The notes: generated by a model not told the origin, from the sequence alone. Counted from the first letter of the stretch, positions 50,912 through 63,394 are shown. The stretch is 63,394 nt of DNA from Paraphysomonas bandaiensis (GCA_965644295.1 CBFFRP010000179.1:1-63394); one strand, 5' to 3'. Program-made: numbers and translations.

Positions 50912-52644
50912 CAGGCTTGCGTAACCATTAATGGCCATTAATGGCGACGCATTGCTTCCCCCATTTTTATGGCCATTAATTTTAAAAATCCCACCATTTT
51001 TATGGCCATTAATGGCCATTAATGGACCATTTATGGTTTGATGACTATTGCTTTATTGCTTTTTAGAAAGAAGTAAATGGAAAGTGCTAATAATTAGACT
51101 AAGTACTAGCTATTTAACAGCAATGATGAGCAGTTCATTCCCATGTTACAGTCAGGTCAGATAGTTAATACGAACAATATTCTTAAACATCATCAGCAAC
51201 TATAATATCATCAATGGTAACTTCGTTCCATAAGAATTTGTTGCAACGCAAAAAGAGTAGCAGCTCCAAATGTTGGGGTTCCATTAGCTTGCGCTGGTCT
51301 CTCATAATAAGTTTTGCTCTGCTAAAAATAATCGCTCAACAATATTGGAAGTCGTCACCAAATGATTCATGGAGCGATATTTAGTGGCTCTCCTGCTGTT
51401 CTTTGCCTTTTTTGCCACAGCTTCTCTCACTATATATCCACAGCAAATCCTCCTGTTTCCCCCGTTTCATCATCGCCACTGCTATCGTCATCCTTATGAG
51501 CCGCAAGGAGATAGCCCTTAACGGTTTTAGATTCTGCAACAGTCAGAGTATTCTCCAGTTGGCTTTGGATCTTCACAACAGCTCTCTCGAATAATGGGTC
51601 AGTTGTAATGGTAGCATTAGCACCAAGATACTGTTCCATATCTGGAAAGTTTTCAATAAGTTTGTCGAACATGCTACGCACAACATAATGATCTACAGAC
51701 GATTTCTGTAATCCATAATTACCCACTCTAACCATTTGTGAATATTGATGGCTTTCCTTGTCACTGTCCTCTCCATATAGCTAGATATGGTCCCCCCCTT
51801 TGACTTTTGCTGTTCCAAAGCACTCTCCAAAGCCTGTTCCCAGCCTTCTGAATGTCTACCTTTGACATGGGCAATGCAACTTGTGTAGCCTTTGCTAAGA
51901 TTTTGCTTCAGTTTCTTTGAACCTGCGCCGCACAATTTGCACATCATACAAAGGTGTGCAGGCATGGATCCGACTCATCTTTCTCGAAAAAGGCTTTGTA
52001 AATTGTAGGGCCGTCGTATAACTTGCTCATTTATTAATATGGTGCATTGAACAGAACATTTATGGTAATCCTGCTGCGTATCGCATTTCTTAAATCTATA
52101 TAATGGGTGGTTTTACTATTACTGCTGTCCAAGTGACAGTTTAAAATATGGAATATTATTGTTTTTTCTCTTTTTTGAGTTTTTAAAGTCAAAAATCAGG
52201 GGAAAAAAATGGGAACATAATAAGCAAGAGATGGATGAAGTTGCAGATCAACATGACTGAGAACTCTGAGCAAATAGCGATTTAATAAGAAGGTGGTACA
52301 ATCAATTCATGTTAACATTCACAACATGATTGTGCTGTTATCACATCAATAGAATTTATATGAATTCTTAAAACAGATTGTTTAAATGACTTAAATAGGT
52401 ATATAATATATTAATAACTAATAATGCACCAGAAGGTCGTGGCTTGTCACGTATTCTCACATGATGCTGACAACTGGATACTAACTAATGGATATTGCCA
52501 TTAATGGACATTAATGGGCACTACATCTCTCCCCCATTTTTATGGCCATTAATGAATTGCTTTTTTTCCATTTTATGGGGGAAGGCCATTAATGGCCATT
52601 AATGGCCATAAATGGCCATTACCATTAATGGTTACGCAAGCCTG
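50912..52644 (-). mobile_element. Internally deleted hAT (family C) with BED finger and dimerisation domain
   Basis: TIR CAGGCTTGCGTAACCATTAATGG at both ends; CKLC..HVKGRH BED finger; catalytic core deleted; near-identical to the 49725-50685 arm in inverted orientation. Confidence 0.92.
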
Positions 52645-52949
52645 TTGCTACATGCTACATAAAATACAGGATAACTACTAGCGATAATAGGCTTTACCAA
52701 ATAGGCGAAGGAGTTGGTTGTAGTTCAATAGATGTATATATTATTATTATTATATATTTGATGCTTAAGGCTGGAGAAGTTTACTGGATAATTCCGAGTT
52801 TATCCAGTAATACAGTATTTCTTTCAGTGCTTATTGTTTATTGACCGTACTTAGAAGTACATTAGATAGAATAACAACTTGTTATTGAGAAGGACCATAT
52901 TCAAAGGATGGTGAAAAGTTAAACCGGTTGTTTACTTTGGGTTGTTGGG

Positions 52950-53130
52950 GTATTATTAGCAATAGGCGTTTAGTTGGAACTAATTTAGTATCACAAATTT
53001 AGTGATTAACTCTGATTGAACGCTACGAAAGCTGCCTGCTTGTGAGTCACTGCAAGCACTTTCGCTCTATCACTCAAAGCAAACGCAGTAATCAAGCAGA
53101 CATCTGCTGACTTCAGGTGAGTACCTTATT
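52950..53130 (-). mobile_element. LINE/SINE 3'-tail copy
   Basis: TTAGCAATAGGCGTT and AACGCTACGAAAGCTGC..TTGTG are shared with the other tails; the upstream block is shared with 29830-29930. Confidence 0.65.
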
Positions 53131-53149
53131 AGGAGCTGATTGGTCTAGT

Positions 53150-53790
53150 TCCAATGGATGAGGGCATGGGAACCATCTAAGTATTCCGCTATGAAGTGTA
53201 ACAAGATACTTTCTAACTGCACTACTCTGTCCATTCATCCAAAGACGGATTTTATCGCTGGTGTTGCTGTGGTACCCTTGTTATCAGCCCATTCTTTTCA
53301 TAGGCTGTATAGCGTACTAACGCCAATACCTAAATAGTCGCTAGCGCGATTCATGACGTCAGTAATACTTCTCAGTTGATGGCCGTTATAGATGTCATGA
53401 CGCATGCATGAAATTAACCTCAAAGACATGCTTATATCATCCATAGACAGAGTAGTACCACTGCAGCGACTACTGGGACATATAAATTCCAATGGGTCCG
53501 CCTTTGGCTCAGACGGAGTGAAGATAGGGGCAGCATGGCGATGGGGTCTGCTAGGGGTCTTAAAGGCAATCTCGGAGGCAATTTAGCGTTTAAATCACAT
53601 AAACGAATGCTTCGACACCCCTCCTTATATACTTTGACCTTATTCTTTGATCCTGGGGGTCTACTATGCTTAATTCGAGGTGTAGTGGTCTCATTTACCA
53701 CTATGTCTCCATCAGCCTCTGAGTCATCTTCAAGGGACTTCTTTCACATAATAATTTTGTCCTCGACATCTAGGAGCCCCTGAGAGTAGC
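53150..53790 (-). pseudogene. Disrupted coding fragment with AT-hook-like (RPPGSKNK) and HTH-like (RASDYLGIGVSTLYSL) motifs, possibly a transposase N-terminus
   Basis: Overlapping ORFs 53432-53701 and 53298-53492 with a frameshift and stops. Confidence 0.35.
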
Positions 53791-54654
53791 GGAGGGTATG
53801 GTCAGGTAGCCGAGAGCGTGCTCTACGATGTTATGCTATTTGGGGTCGTATGGCTTCAAGCTGAATATACAGTGTATTCTGCAGGTGGGAAGATCGTCCT
53901 CGAGTTCACTTCGTGCTCAAAAAACAACATTCTTCATTTTATAATGAAATGTTCAGCATTTAATGGACTATTTCGTGTTAAAATCACAGTATTTCGATTA
54001 CTGAAATTAAAAAGTTATGGAATTAAGATACTTTTTCATGATTTTTGGCCTTTCTCATCACCTTTCTCGTACTTGTATATATAATACATGTATGTATGTA
54101 TCTGCTACAGCAAGATCGCAGAAGTCACCAGCAGCAGATCATAGTCGTACATCATCATCAGCAGATACAATTGGATATCATAAACGTTGGTTCAGTATAT
54201 ATACAGGTCCACTAGTGGTACATTATGAAAATCGAAATGGTGGTGCAGTGCATAAAGAACATGATAGTCCTGAAGCGATATAGAGGGTTCTGATAGAGGG
54301 CTCTGATAGAGGGTCCTAAACCAACAATGTAACCATGCATATGACTCAATAGCGTGATACTATAGCCACATAGATAGGGCATGGGAAATTCCACGTCCTA
54401 GACGCATCCAATGACATTTTTGGACTTTATATCTAGATATCACAAAAAAAAAACAGTTGTTCGGATATACGAACGTAAAATGGTACTGTACGGTGTGTCG
54501 AGAACATACAAAAAATCATATCTTTTTCAAAAGAATGGCCTGTATCACATCACTAGTAATGGTATCTTTTTTGTTCTGTTCTGTTTTTGAGAGATGAATC
54601 ATATCTCTCAATCACAATTGCCCATCCAGTTACTTTCTTACCGCTTTGTGAAGT

Positions 54655-55230
54655 ATGTTAGTGACTGCTGCTGTGCTCCTCGCTGCTCAACTGGTGCAGG
54701 GCGCTTCCCCGCATGGAGCCCTGCAAGCCCAGTCTGCAGGCGATGCCTTAACTGAGATGCGCTCAAGTCAAACCAAGGCTCTCAAGGCCGTCCTGGAGAA
54801 TCACATTCACCAGAGCCTTGCCAATGCACAGACTGCGGCTAAGAAGACCAGTGAAATGGCGGAAGATGCTGTGTTGACTCGTAAGCTGGCATCCTATGGC
54901 ACGGGATACTTGATTGCCAAGTATCACGCCACGAGTGCATGTGACGTGTCTCCAGAAGAATATGGTGAGTGTGATATAGAATGCTCCCTATGGACATTAT
55001 GTCACGGGTTGTACTTATGTAGGTATTCATCTGGGAACCTGTTACTCCTACGGTAGTGGTGTCTCTGTATCATACACTTGCAGTGTGGACGACTCCACCG
55101 GCACAGTAACACTGACAGAACATGACTGGACCACCTCAGATGACTGCACAGGAGCTGAAACCACCGATAGTCGTACACATACGGGCTGTGCTCTTCTCGA
55201 TGACGACGATTACTATTACTATTACGATGA
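54655..55230 (+). pseudogene. 5' part of a secreted Cys-containing protein gene, interrupted by insertions
   Basis: Signal peptide MLVTAAVLLAAQLVQG; intron ~54965-55022 (GTGAGT..GTAG); exon 2 IHLGTCYSYG..DDCTGAE ends near the insertion at 55231. Confidence 0.55.
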
Positions 55231-55352
55231 TGTCACGCATACCTGTAGTTACTGTTATACGTGGAGTTATACGGTGTTATACTGCGGTACTCTAAGTAGC
55301 ATGCTGTTGTACTTTCATTTTCAGTTTATTTAGTATACATTGTGGGGTCACA

Positions 55353-58300
55353 CGCCCTTTCACTCCGATTTGCTGAACAACTGGGTTAGATATGATGAAA
55401 CCCAAACCATTGCTGCCTCCCCACAGGGAAACTTTTTAAAAGAAATATATGCACACATGCTATCCCCTGCCTGTTTAGACATATGGGAAGGATTCATAGC
55501 CAAGGCTTCCAGGACGGACAACTATGATCTCATGATATCATTCACGCTACCAGAGCACAAATTGGACACCACGCACAGCGCCCTACTAGTTGCCCAGCAT
55601 CTCGCGAATGGCAACAAACCCTGGGCAGACTCCACTCATGTTGTATCTAGGCATGTGCGGACCCTTTGCCTGACAAAGGGTATTCCCTCAACAGCCACTG
55701 TTAGTCTCCGTAAGACACTCATGCAATATGAATCCTCGACTCCACACACAGGACTACATCTAGACACGGAGGATTTCCAACTGCTACTCGATCTTCTCTC
55801 CATACCATACAGACTATGGGACGCTGTTCAACCGCACCTGGCGCCTGGTTGGGCACAGCTGTCACCATTCTCCAGACAGGCACTAACAGTGCACGCTTCT
55901 ACCAACACTGTGGTAACCCATGACATCATACGCAGCCAGCATGGGTTTCACATACTCAATGCAACAAATATCCCCACCTGCATCATGCACGCTCTAACAC
56001 GGACTCAGGAGCGGCTATCCTGTTTTCTGCAACACCAGACCTCCAGACAGAGCACCAACATCATCTGGACTTCTGAGCCGTCAACTGTACCATCTATGCT
56101 ACATGAGCACAGAGAGCAACAGGAACAGAGGGAAGTAATTGCAGTCTCCTTGTCACCGAGAGCTCGACGTCAACTACGACAGATGAACCCCACGGACCGT
56201 CGACAACTCCGGCTCCATATGTGCGACATGAGCAGAGTCTATCGCCTCACCCTCAGACCCTCAGCCCTTCGCACACAACAACATATCCCTAGTGATGGGT
56301 ACTGCGCATACAGTACACTCTATCATCTGCACATTCTTGCTTCAAGCAGGCGACACACTCGCTCCTGTCTGAAATTAGACCTCAAACAACGCAAGGACCG
56401 TCACACGCTAGCATCTTTCATAAATACATTAGGCACCCAAGCGTTCGACACAATGCAACGGGAGTACATGGCCCATCACACACTTCAGCCACTACGACAT
56501 AAGTTAGATCACGCACAGGCCGCACTTTTAATACCTGCCAAAACAACATACACTACGGAGGACGACATAACTCACTGGCTCTCAGTGCGAGAGGTCCACC
56601 TTTTAGCCTCTACTATCAACCCCTGCACGACGTGGGCGCAAAATGGTAATTACCTCAGCATTGTAGGCATCCCTACTGACAAAGTAGCTTATAACATCGC
56701 ATGGAAGGTGGACGAACTTAGGAACGCTATTCGTGATAACTACTACCATGTCATACTACAAGATGCTCACTACTTCCTCTTAGACCCTGCCGGTCTTTCT
56801 ACTGCCCTAGACAACGCCCTACTATCTCTTGAAAACACCTTGGCCACCAGTATACTCTCAACGGCTGACCCCATCGCTCCACCTACACTTCCCGCAGACT
56901 CAATCACGAACAACAATAGGACATCAAAGATGACCAGCACCAGAACAACCTCGTCAAGCAGCACCAAGTTAGCACGAACAAATCGACAGATTCTGCAGGC
57001 TTCAACCCCTGGAGCACTACCATCGCACAAGAAGATGCAGTTGAAACACGCCCAAACTGCGTTGACAAGTCGATGCCAGCCAACCCGGAAAGCCAAAAAG
57101 GTCGTAAATTACGATGAAAGTGACCAACCAACGAACCTTCACAACTCACACCCAACCACGACCACACGAACGATCAGACCAACTCCAGCACTAGATACCA
57201 CCGGCTGGGACAGGGACTGGTCAAGAAAGTTCTACATTGCGTACGCCGATAACACTGCCAAAGGACTATCCCTTTATGCGAAGAACACATTCCCAGCAGA
57301 CGTCATCATTGCTGAGTACAAAGGCAAACGCTATCCACTAACAAAGCTGAGTCAGTCTACAAGGCGTTCTGATTACATAGTTCAAGACAGTACTGGTACC
57401 TTCGCAATAGATGGCTTTGACCAAGTCCGACAATGTGTAACATGCGAAGCTGGGTATATTAATGACCCCCTAGCCACAAACATGGCTAATGTCAAGTTTG
57501 TCACGAAAAATAAACGCCTCTATGTCCGTACAATACGTCCCATTGCTAAGGATGAAGAACTTCTCATCAACTACGGGCATCATTATTGGTGTGATCAACG
57601 CTGGCCACTTGAGATATTAATCCAAGCCAGGGCTGCGTACGACAGCGACATAGGCGGTGCCAATATAGCAGTATGGGACAGACTCCTTGCAGACAAGAGT
57701 GGAACTCCTACAGAGACCTCCAGCAGCATCCCCAAGGATCCCTCGGGAGCAGCCATGGGACTCCGACTCTCCACATGGAACACAAATGGCAATCCGGCAT
57801 CTCACACAGGCAAAGCCCAAGCTATCATCCGACACTTTAAGCGGCAAAAATTGGACGTGCTCCTATTACAGGATGTCCGTCTAACAGAAACTCAGGCCAA
57901 CTTCTTCACGCGTATCATAGAAGATGCAATCCAGGGATCAAGAATATGCCTCTTCCTCAGCAAGCAGCCAAAACTGACTTCAAGAGACCCACTAATGGGG
58001 GGTACAGTAGTCATAATCAGCGAATACTGGAAGCGCCGTCTCGCCTTCACAAAGGCTGACTTTACGGGACTTGGTTTAGTGAGCCGACTAGAGTTCAAAA
58101 CGTCGGTGGCGCACACCCTAGTACTAATAAGCGTCTATCTACCCCCGAAGCCATCCACGCCAGGCTCTTGCACATTATGGAGTAAATTGACCAAGCTAGG
58201 GAGAGCGTCCCGTGGCATCTGTACTGCTGACCCCTACAAGCTCCTATGCAACATCCTAATGAAATGGGTCACTAAAGCCAGAGCCAAGGACCATACTGTC

Positions 58301-59413
58301 ATTGTCGCCGGCGACTTCAATGGCTCCATGGAGACAAATCCTAAAGGCAGAGACATACGACCACTTGCCGACAAACTCCAACTGGCTGCACCACTCCATG
58401 AGCTTCTCCTACCCAGGAAAACATATCATACCTTCCACAGATTAGACAAAGGAATATCGCGGATCGATCATATTCTACACACGCCGTTACCTCCGAACAT
58501 GTCTGTTACGGACACTGGCTGCCTTGACTCCCCCTCATTACTCGCAGCAGCCTTCGATCATCGACCGGTCTGGGTCGGTTTCACCGTACCAGTCAATCTT
58601 GACCCTCGACCACCTGAGTCGCACCTCCGAATCCCCCCCCGTCTCACAATGTAAACCCGAAGGACTCCAAGGAAGTACAGGCATACACCGCAAGACTCCT
58701 CCAACTTCATGCACAACTACCACATTTAGACAACGGGTCGACTGCCATACTCCCTCCTGAGGTGGCAGCCAACAGACTAGCGGCCATCCATCACATAACC
58801 CTCCAGGCTTCGCTTGAAGCGAAGCGTCCTGCATGTACACATAGCACACGCCTACACGAACGTTGTCAGCGCACACGCTCAAAGTTCAAGAATGGCTTTT
58901 CCCCGGAAATGAGAGTAATACAGGAAGGAATGCTCATGGTTTTGCGGATTATCCAAAAAATGTTCAATTCTGCCGGATACAAACGGCATGGATGGCGCGG
59001 CCCCCCGGCAACCACCCCCACCCACGAAATCATCACTGCATGGTTCGCCCGATGGGACTCCTATCTCAGGAGTTCTCAGGGTCACATCAAAGGCATATCA
59101 GACATCAACTTCTGGTGCAGCCACCGCAACGCGGACCCACGAGTAATCCTGGGTTGGAACGCAAAGCAAGCCACCAAGAAAAACCTCCTCCGAATTGCCT
59201 TGCGACTGAGAGGACTTCTTCATGGAAGAGCCAGGACAGAAATGCGGACTAGACTCACGGCTCGCACCAATCAGATGGAGGCACTGCTACAGCAGAAAAG
59301 ACTTCAAGCAATTCTTCAGAAAATTGGTCTCAAGGTCAAAACACCACTCCGACTTACCACGGTGAAAACAACTGACGGACACATCCTCACAACACCGCAA
59401 GACATTCATGAAG
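55353..59413 (+). mobile_element. Non-LTR retrotransposon ORF fragment: OTU-like + SET + APE endonuclease + pre-RT linker
   Basis: OTU: IPSDGYCAY..WL..HYF. SET: KGLSLYA..EYKG..GYIND..EELLINYGHHYW. APE: TWNTNG, LLLQDV, GGTVVI, SVYLPP, AGDFNG, SRIDHI, DHRPV. One frameshift at the C8 run near 58633-58640; interrupted by an LTR at 59414. Confidence 0.88.
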
Positions 59414-59875
59414 TGTAGTTGTTCTTTAGAACAACGTGTGCTCAAGCAAAAACAACACTGATCTATAACGTTTTAAAAAGATTTTAAGTGCACGCCAGCG
59501 GGCTGCTACACTGTTAAGCTCACCAGCGGGTGATGCTCCTCAACTCAGACGCAAACCGCGAAAGAATTTAAATAAATCGTTATTTAAAACGTGTAATAGA
59601 AAAGTGAGTAACACTGCTATACAACTCTACAGTAACACACACATACAACATCATGTTCAGCATTTCACTTCAGCACACAACACACCAGATCAGAAGTATT
59701 TTATCCGGTACGTATGTACAGCTTCAACACTCCGTGTATACACTGAAAGAGTAGAAACTGAATATGTAACTGAAAACTGAAAATACAAAAACACTCTGTA
59801 CGTGTTAGAGAGTACAACAGAAGAGTAACATATAATACTACTACCAACGCAGAAAATAACCAGTACTGCGTTACA
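59414..59875 (-). mobile_element. 3' LTR (462 bp, TGTA...TACA) of an LTR retrotransposon inserted into the LINE
   Basis: On the minus strand a polypurine tract GGGGGGAAAGAGGGTAG (59876-59892) directly precedes TGTAACGC; the segment ends ...AACTACA exactly where the LINE ORF stops. Confidence 0.75.
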
Positions 59876-62800
59876 CTACCCTCTTTCCCCCCAGCTGGAG
59901 AAATTAGATTGTGAATACAGACTGTGATTCATGTATGCAAATACTTAAATCAGCCATATTAGATAGCGTCATTCTAAGTATAAACAAACAAAATCAGATT
60001 TAAACAGAAATTGAGAATAAACTAGATAGACAAGGTAGTATTATAATAGAAATAAAAAAAATATTGAGAATATTATCATATAATATAATAGAAGAATAAA
60101 ACCTGTTTACAAGAGTATATCAGGAAAACTCTTGCAAAACTCCGCATCGACAAGCACCATAGTAGATTGATGAACACGTCTTAGTCCGGTTGAACTCCAT
60201 CAATCTGCTGTTTCCGCATTCGTAGTCGTTGTTCTTTAGCAAGAAAAACTTAACATGACAGTAACGACATCCTCGAATCGATGACAGATTGCACTCATTT
60301 AAATAGCATACCGCAGTAAAAGTAAACGATACTAAATTCTCAAATACGGACATTTGGATTAACTTTTGCCTTATATTGTATCCAATAACCAAATGAGAAA
60401 TTCGTAGAATAGTTGATTAAGTAAGTAACTCCCACATTTCAATGAAATTAGAAACATGCATCCGATCATCATAAACTTCACGCAACACCAACTGTAAGAA
60501 ATGTGCTTCAACTACTCGAATACTTGTTCAATTCACACAATGTTTTGACACAATCGAATATCCACGTTGAAATAGTAATGAGAAAAGAACACACTAGTAT
60601 TCATCGAGATATAAGCAATTTACCACCATCAACGTATTGAGATACTCCGAGTCATAACAATAATATCACCAAGAAAATATATTTCACCATGATGAATTGT
60701 CCATCGTCAATCAATTACAGAGTAAACTTTAGAAGTACAAAGTAACTCCGTTAAGAACTCATTGCGACAACATATTAATTTCATGAGAACGAATCAAGTC
60801 AAAAGACAGACTCCCTTTCGAAATATAGATACTTCCCACTGTGTATGTAAAACCAAAGAGACACTTTCATCAACTCATTGACCCTCGTAACGACATTTCA
60901 AACATCTTATTCGCACTAACCAGAACCAGATTTTAGAAATGAATAACATTTGGGTAACATAAGACGATCAAATATGATTTATTTCACCTTGGCAACTCGA
61001 CTAGTTAATCTTCACGTATATGGAAATTTTCCCATTGAAATACAAATAACTTGAGAATAACTCAGACCACATGGAATATCTAAGTTGAAAGTTCAAAATT
61101 TCCAAGATACAGATCAAAAAATTGTAAACCAGAACACAATTACATAACCAGGAATACAAGTATAAAGTGAATCAAAGGAACAATAACCTTAGAAAGAAGC
61201 TGGACAAATATCCACCGAATACTCGTAGCAACGAACGTAATTGAACAATAATACAGTCAAGTTTTAACCTTGTTGTAACCAGACAACATATGTCACAGCA
61301 ACGCTATATAACTCTCATTTCACTCATCATAAATATTGAACCGAGTTCACAAAATAACTTGATAACTCTCTTATTCCGAATGCAAATCCATAATATCAAC
61401 AACCAGAACTACACAAACTCCATACCACACACTTAATTCATCTTCCTGAATTTAATATGAGCTCATCAACTTTCGGAAATTCAACCCAAACTTTAACTCT
61501 GACAACATTCTGACACTAAACCTTCACAAGTTGAAAGTAAACTCAAAATGCTCTCAAAACATTACAAAAGTTCACTCAAACAACACCATAATATGTTGAT
61601 TCAGGCACTTGGACTCAACATTGTTGGCACATTTGTTGTAACTTGAATGTAAAACTGTGTATCAAGATCAGCAATTACTCCTCACTATAGAAGCACCAAT
61701 AATACTTTTCATCTTTATAATCACACACTTCCTTAATTCCATAATATTGAACCTCAAACCTCAAATTTCAAACATGAACAACAAGTTCACACATTCCGAA
61801 TGTCAAACAATCTGATACAGTTTATTTGAACAATTGAACATGTTCCACTTTTAGAATACCGAGAATACTTCAAACCTCTCAAATATTCTTAAAGAATAAT
61901 TGCACCATACGATTGCCTCAAATTTCTTGTATCACCATTGGAATAAGACACACATAACTGAAACTTTTAAGTGTCATATAACCAAATTTGTATAACAAGA
62001 TACAAAAGAAATCAACCATCATCATACCAATTTCTGTCTGAGTCTAGAAAACTCAACTTTGACAAGTCATGAATTCGTATGATAAAATCAATTCATCCTC
62101 ACCGTTTAGAACGAAAACATTTGATTCCATTGTATAGATTTAACCCATACATTACCAGAATATTTCGATCTCAATATCAATGAATAATCATCAACACCAT
62201 AATAAACCAAAACTTATAGCAAGAATCATTTAATCTTTCACATAATCACTGATGAAATAAGCTCTGACAAGAATAATAGTAGTATAATCTGAAAGTTTAT
62301 GAAAACATTCGAAATAACACTCCATAATTGCAACTTGATATCCATCTCAGGAAAACTCTTGTCAAACTTAATACTCATTTGATCCATGTAAATATCACCA
62401 AATCAATCAATAACTACCCATAGAATTCAAACACGTCACTACATAAAACAACTTTTAACCCACGTAAGCATTTTGAACACTGCTACTCGTAATACAAGAC
62501 ATCAGACTCAAGAACTCAAAACTCTTCTCCAAATTAAATACCAATCCATTCCGTCTGAATATATATACTACGATAGTACACTGGTCTTATATTAGTAACC
62601 ATAGGTTAGTAACAATTTTCCTCAAAATAACACTAGAATATTATTGAAGATATTGCCATTCCATTGAAAACAATTCATTTGGAACCATTCCATCCATTTG
62701 AATTAGAGATGACACTTTGGTCAAACACTAAGTTAAATCTCAACAAGGCTTCTCAATTATTGAATCTCAGGGATGATCGATAGAATTTCTCCGATTAACC

Positions 62801-63394
62801 AAAAATCTCACCAACCTCATCAACGCAAATCAATGAACCTCATACAAGATATACAGTTGAATACCCCAAAACAGAAATATATATCCACCATATAGCAAAA
62901 TCTTGATAACTTCCCTGAATATTGAATCACATCCTTTCTAGATTCAAACTTCCATTCGAACCAAATTTTAACTTCAAAACCAACAACAGTAGGTAAATCA
63001 AACTGATTCATTGAACTTCATCCCTTTCAAAGTTCCAAGGACTATGAAACCATCTTACAACTTTCAGCCACACAACTTCAAAGAAACTTTCAGACCGTTC
63101 ACTCACTCGCAGACATTAATTATTGAAATACCTCAGCATAACAATCGCATCTTTTCGTAAACAAGTTGATATGTTTAACCATTCACTCCCACTGCAACTT
63201 GTTAACTTGCTAGCCTTTGGTAGTATAAATCAACTTCATTTCGTTTAGGCAATAGATTGAACAACGGCTGAATAATATCTTGAATAAGATATTGGTTAAT
63301 TTGCCCAACTCAAGGTTACACTCAAAATACTTCAACACCATTATTTTTTCCAACAATACCGCATTATCAAGTGTATAACAATATGATATAAATA
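59876..63394 (-). pseudogene. Heavily decayed internal region of an LTR retrotransposon (probably Ty3/gypsy pol)
   Basis: Position relative to the PPT and LTR. Faint remnants IFRRNGLVFNLEKS (RT-like) and W...FEAIVW (RNase H-like). No long ORFs; strong G depletion on the + strand. Confidence 0.5.

Noticed and set aside
50560-51030. CCATTAATGG palindrome clusters as a novel regulatory array
   Set aside because: They are subterminal repeats adjoining hAT TIRs.

Overview
Eukaryotic nuclear DNA with short GT-AG introns (38-170 nt); gene content and transposon types suggest a stramenopile protist, possibly chrysophyte-like (inference). The left ~43 kb holds intron-containing genes: a Dispatched/Patched-family transporter, VPS35, a CPSF30-like CCCH-YTH-DCD-KH protein, a TVP18/Flower-like protein, LSM3 (fragmented in the ORF track), an NHL/PT-repeat surface protein, a thioredoxin-fold protein, COMMD5, an IQ/PH protein and a secreted bacterial-type M15 peptidase. 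These are interspersed with hAT remnants, LINE 3' tails and long (CATA)n arrays at gene starts. The right ~19 kb is a transposon pile: an ankyrin-like 180-bp repeat gene, a truncated Ty1/copia, an inverted pair of deleted hAT elements, a non-LTR retrotransposon and a decayed LTR element. The best candidate for an undescribed system is the non-LTR retrotransposon at 55.35-59.41 kb. Its ORF carries OTU-like cysteine protease domain(s) and a vSET-like SET lysine methyltransferase in frame with the APE endonuclease. A LINE 3' half (RNase H, CCHC, structured 3' tail) lies at 6.2-8.1 kb and its tail recurs across the window. All calls are motif recognition by eye; no database searches were run.
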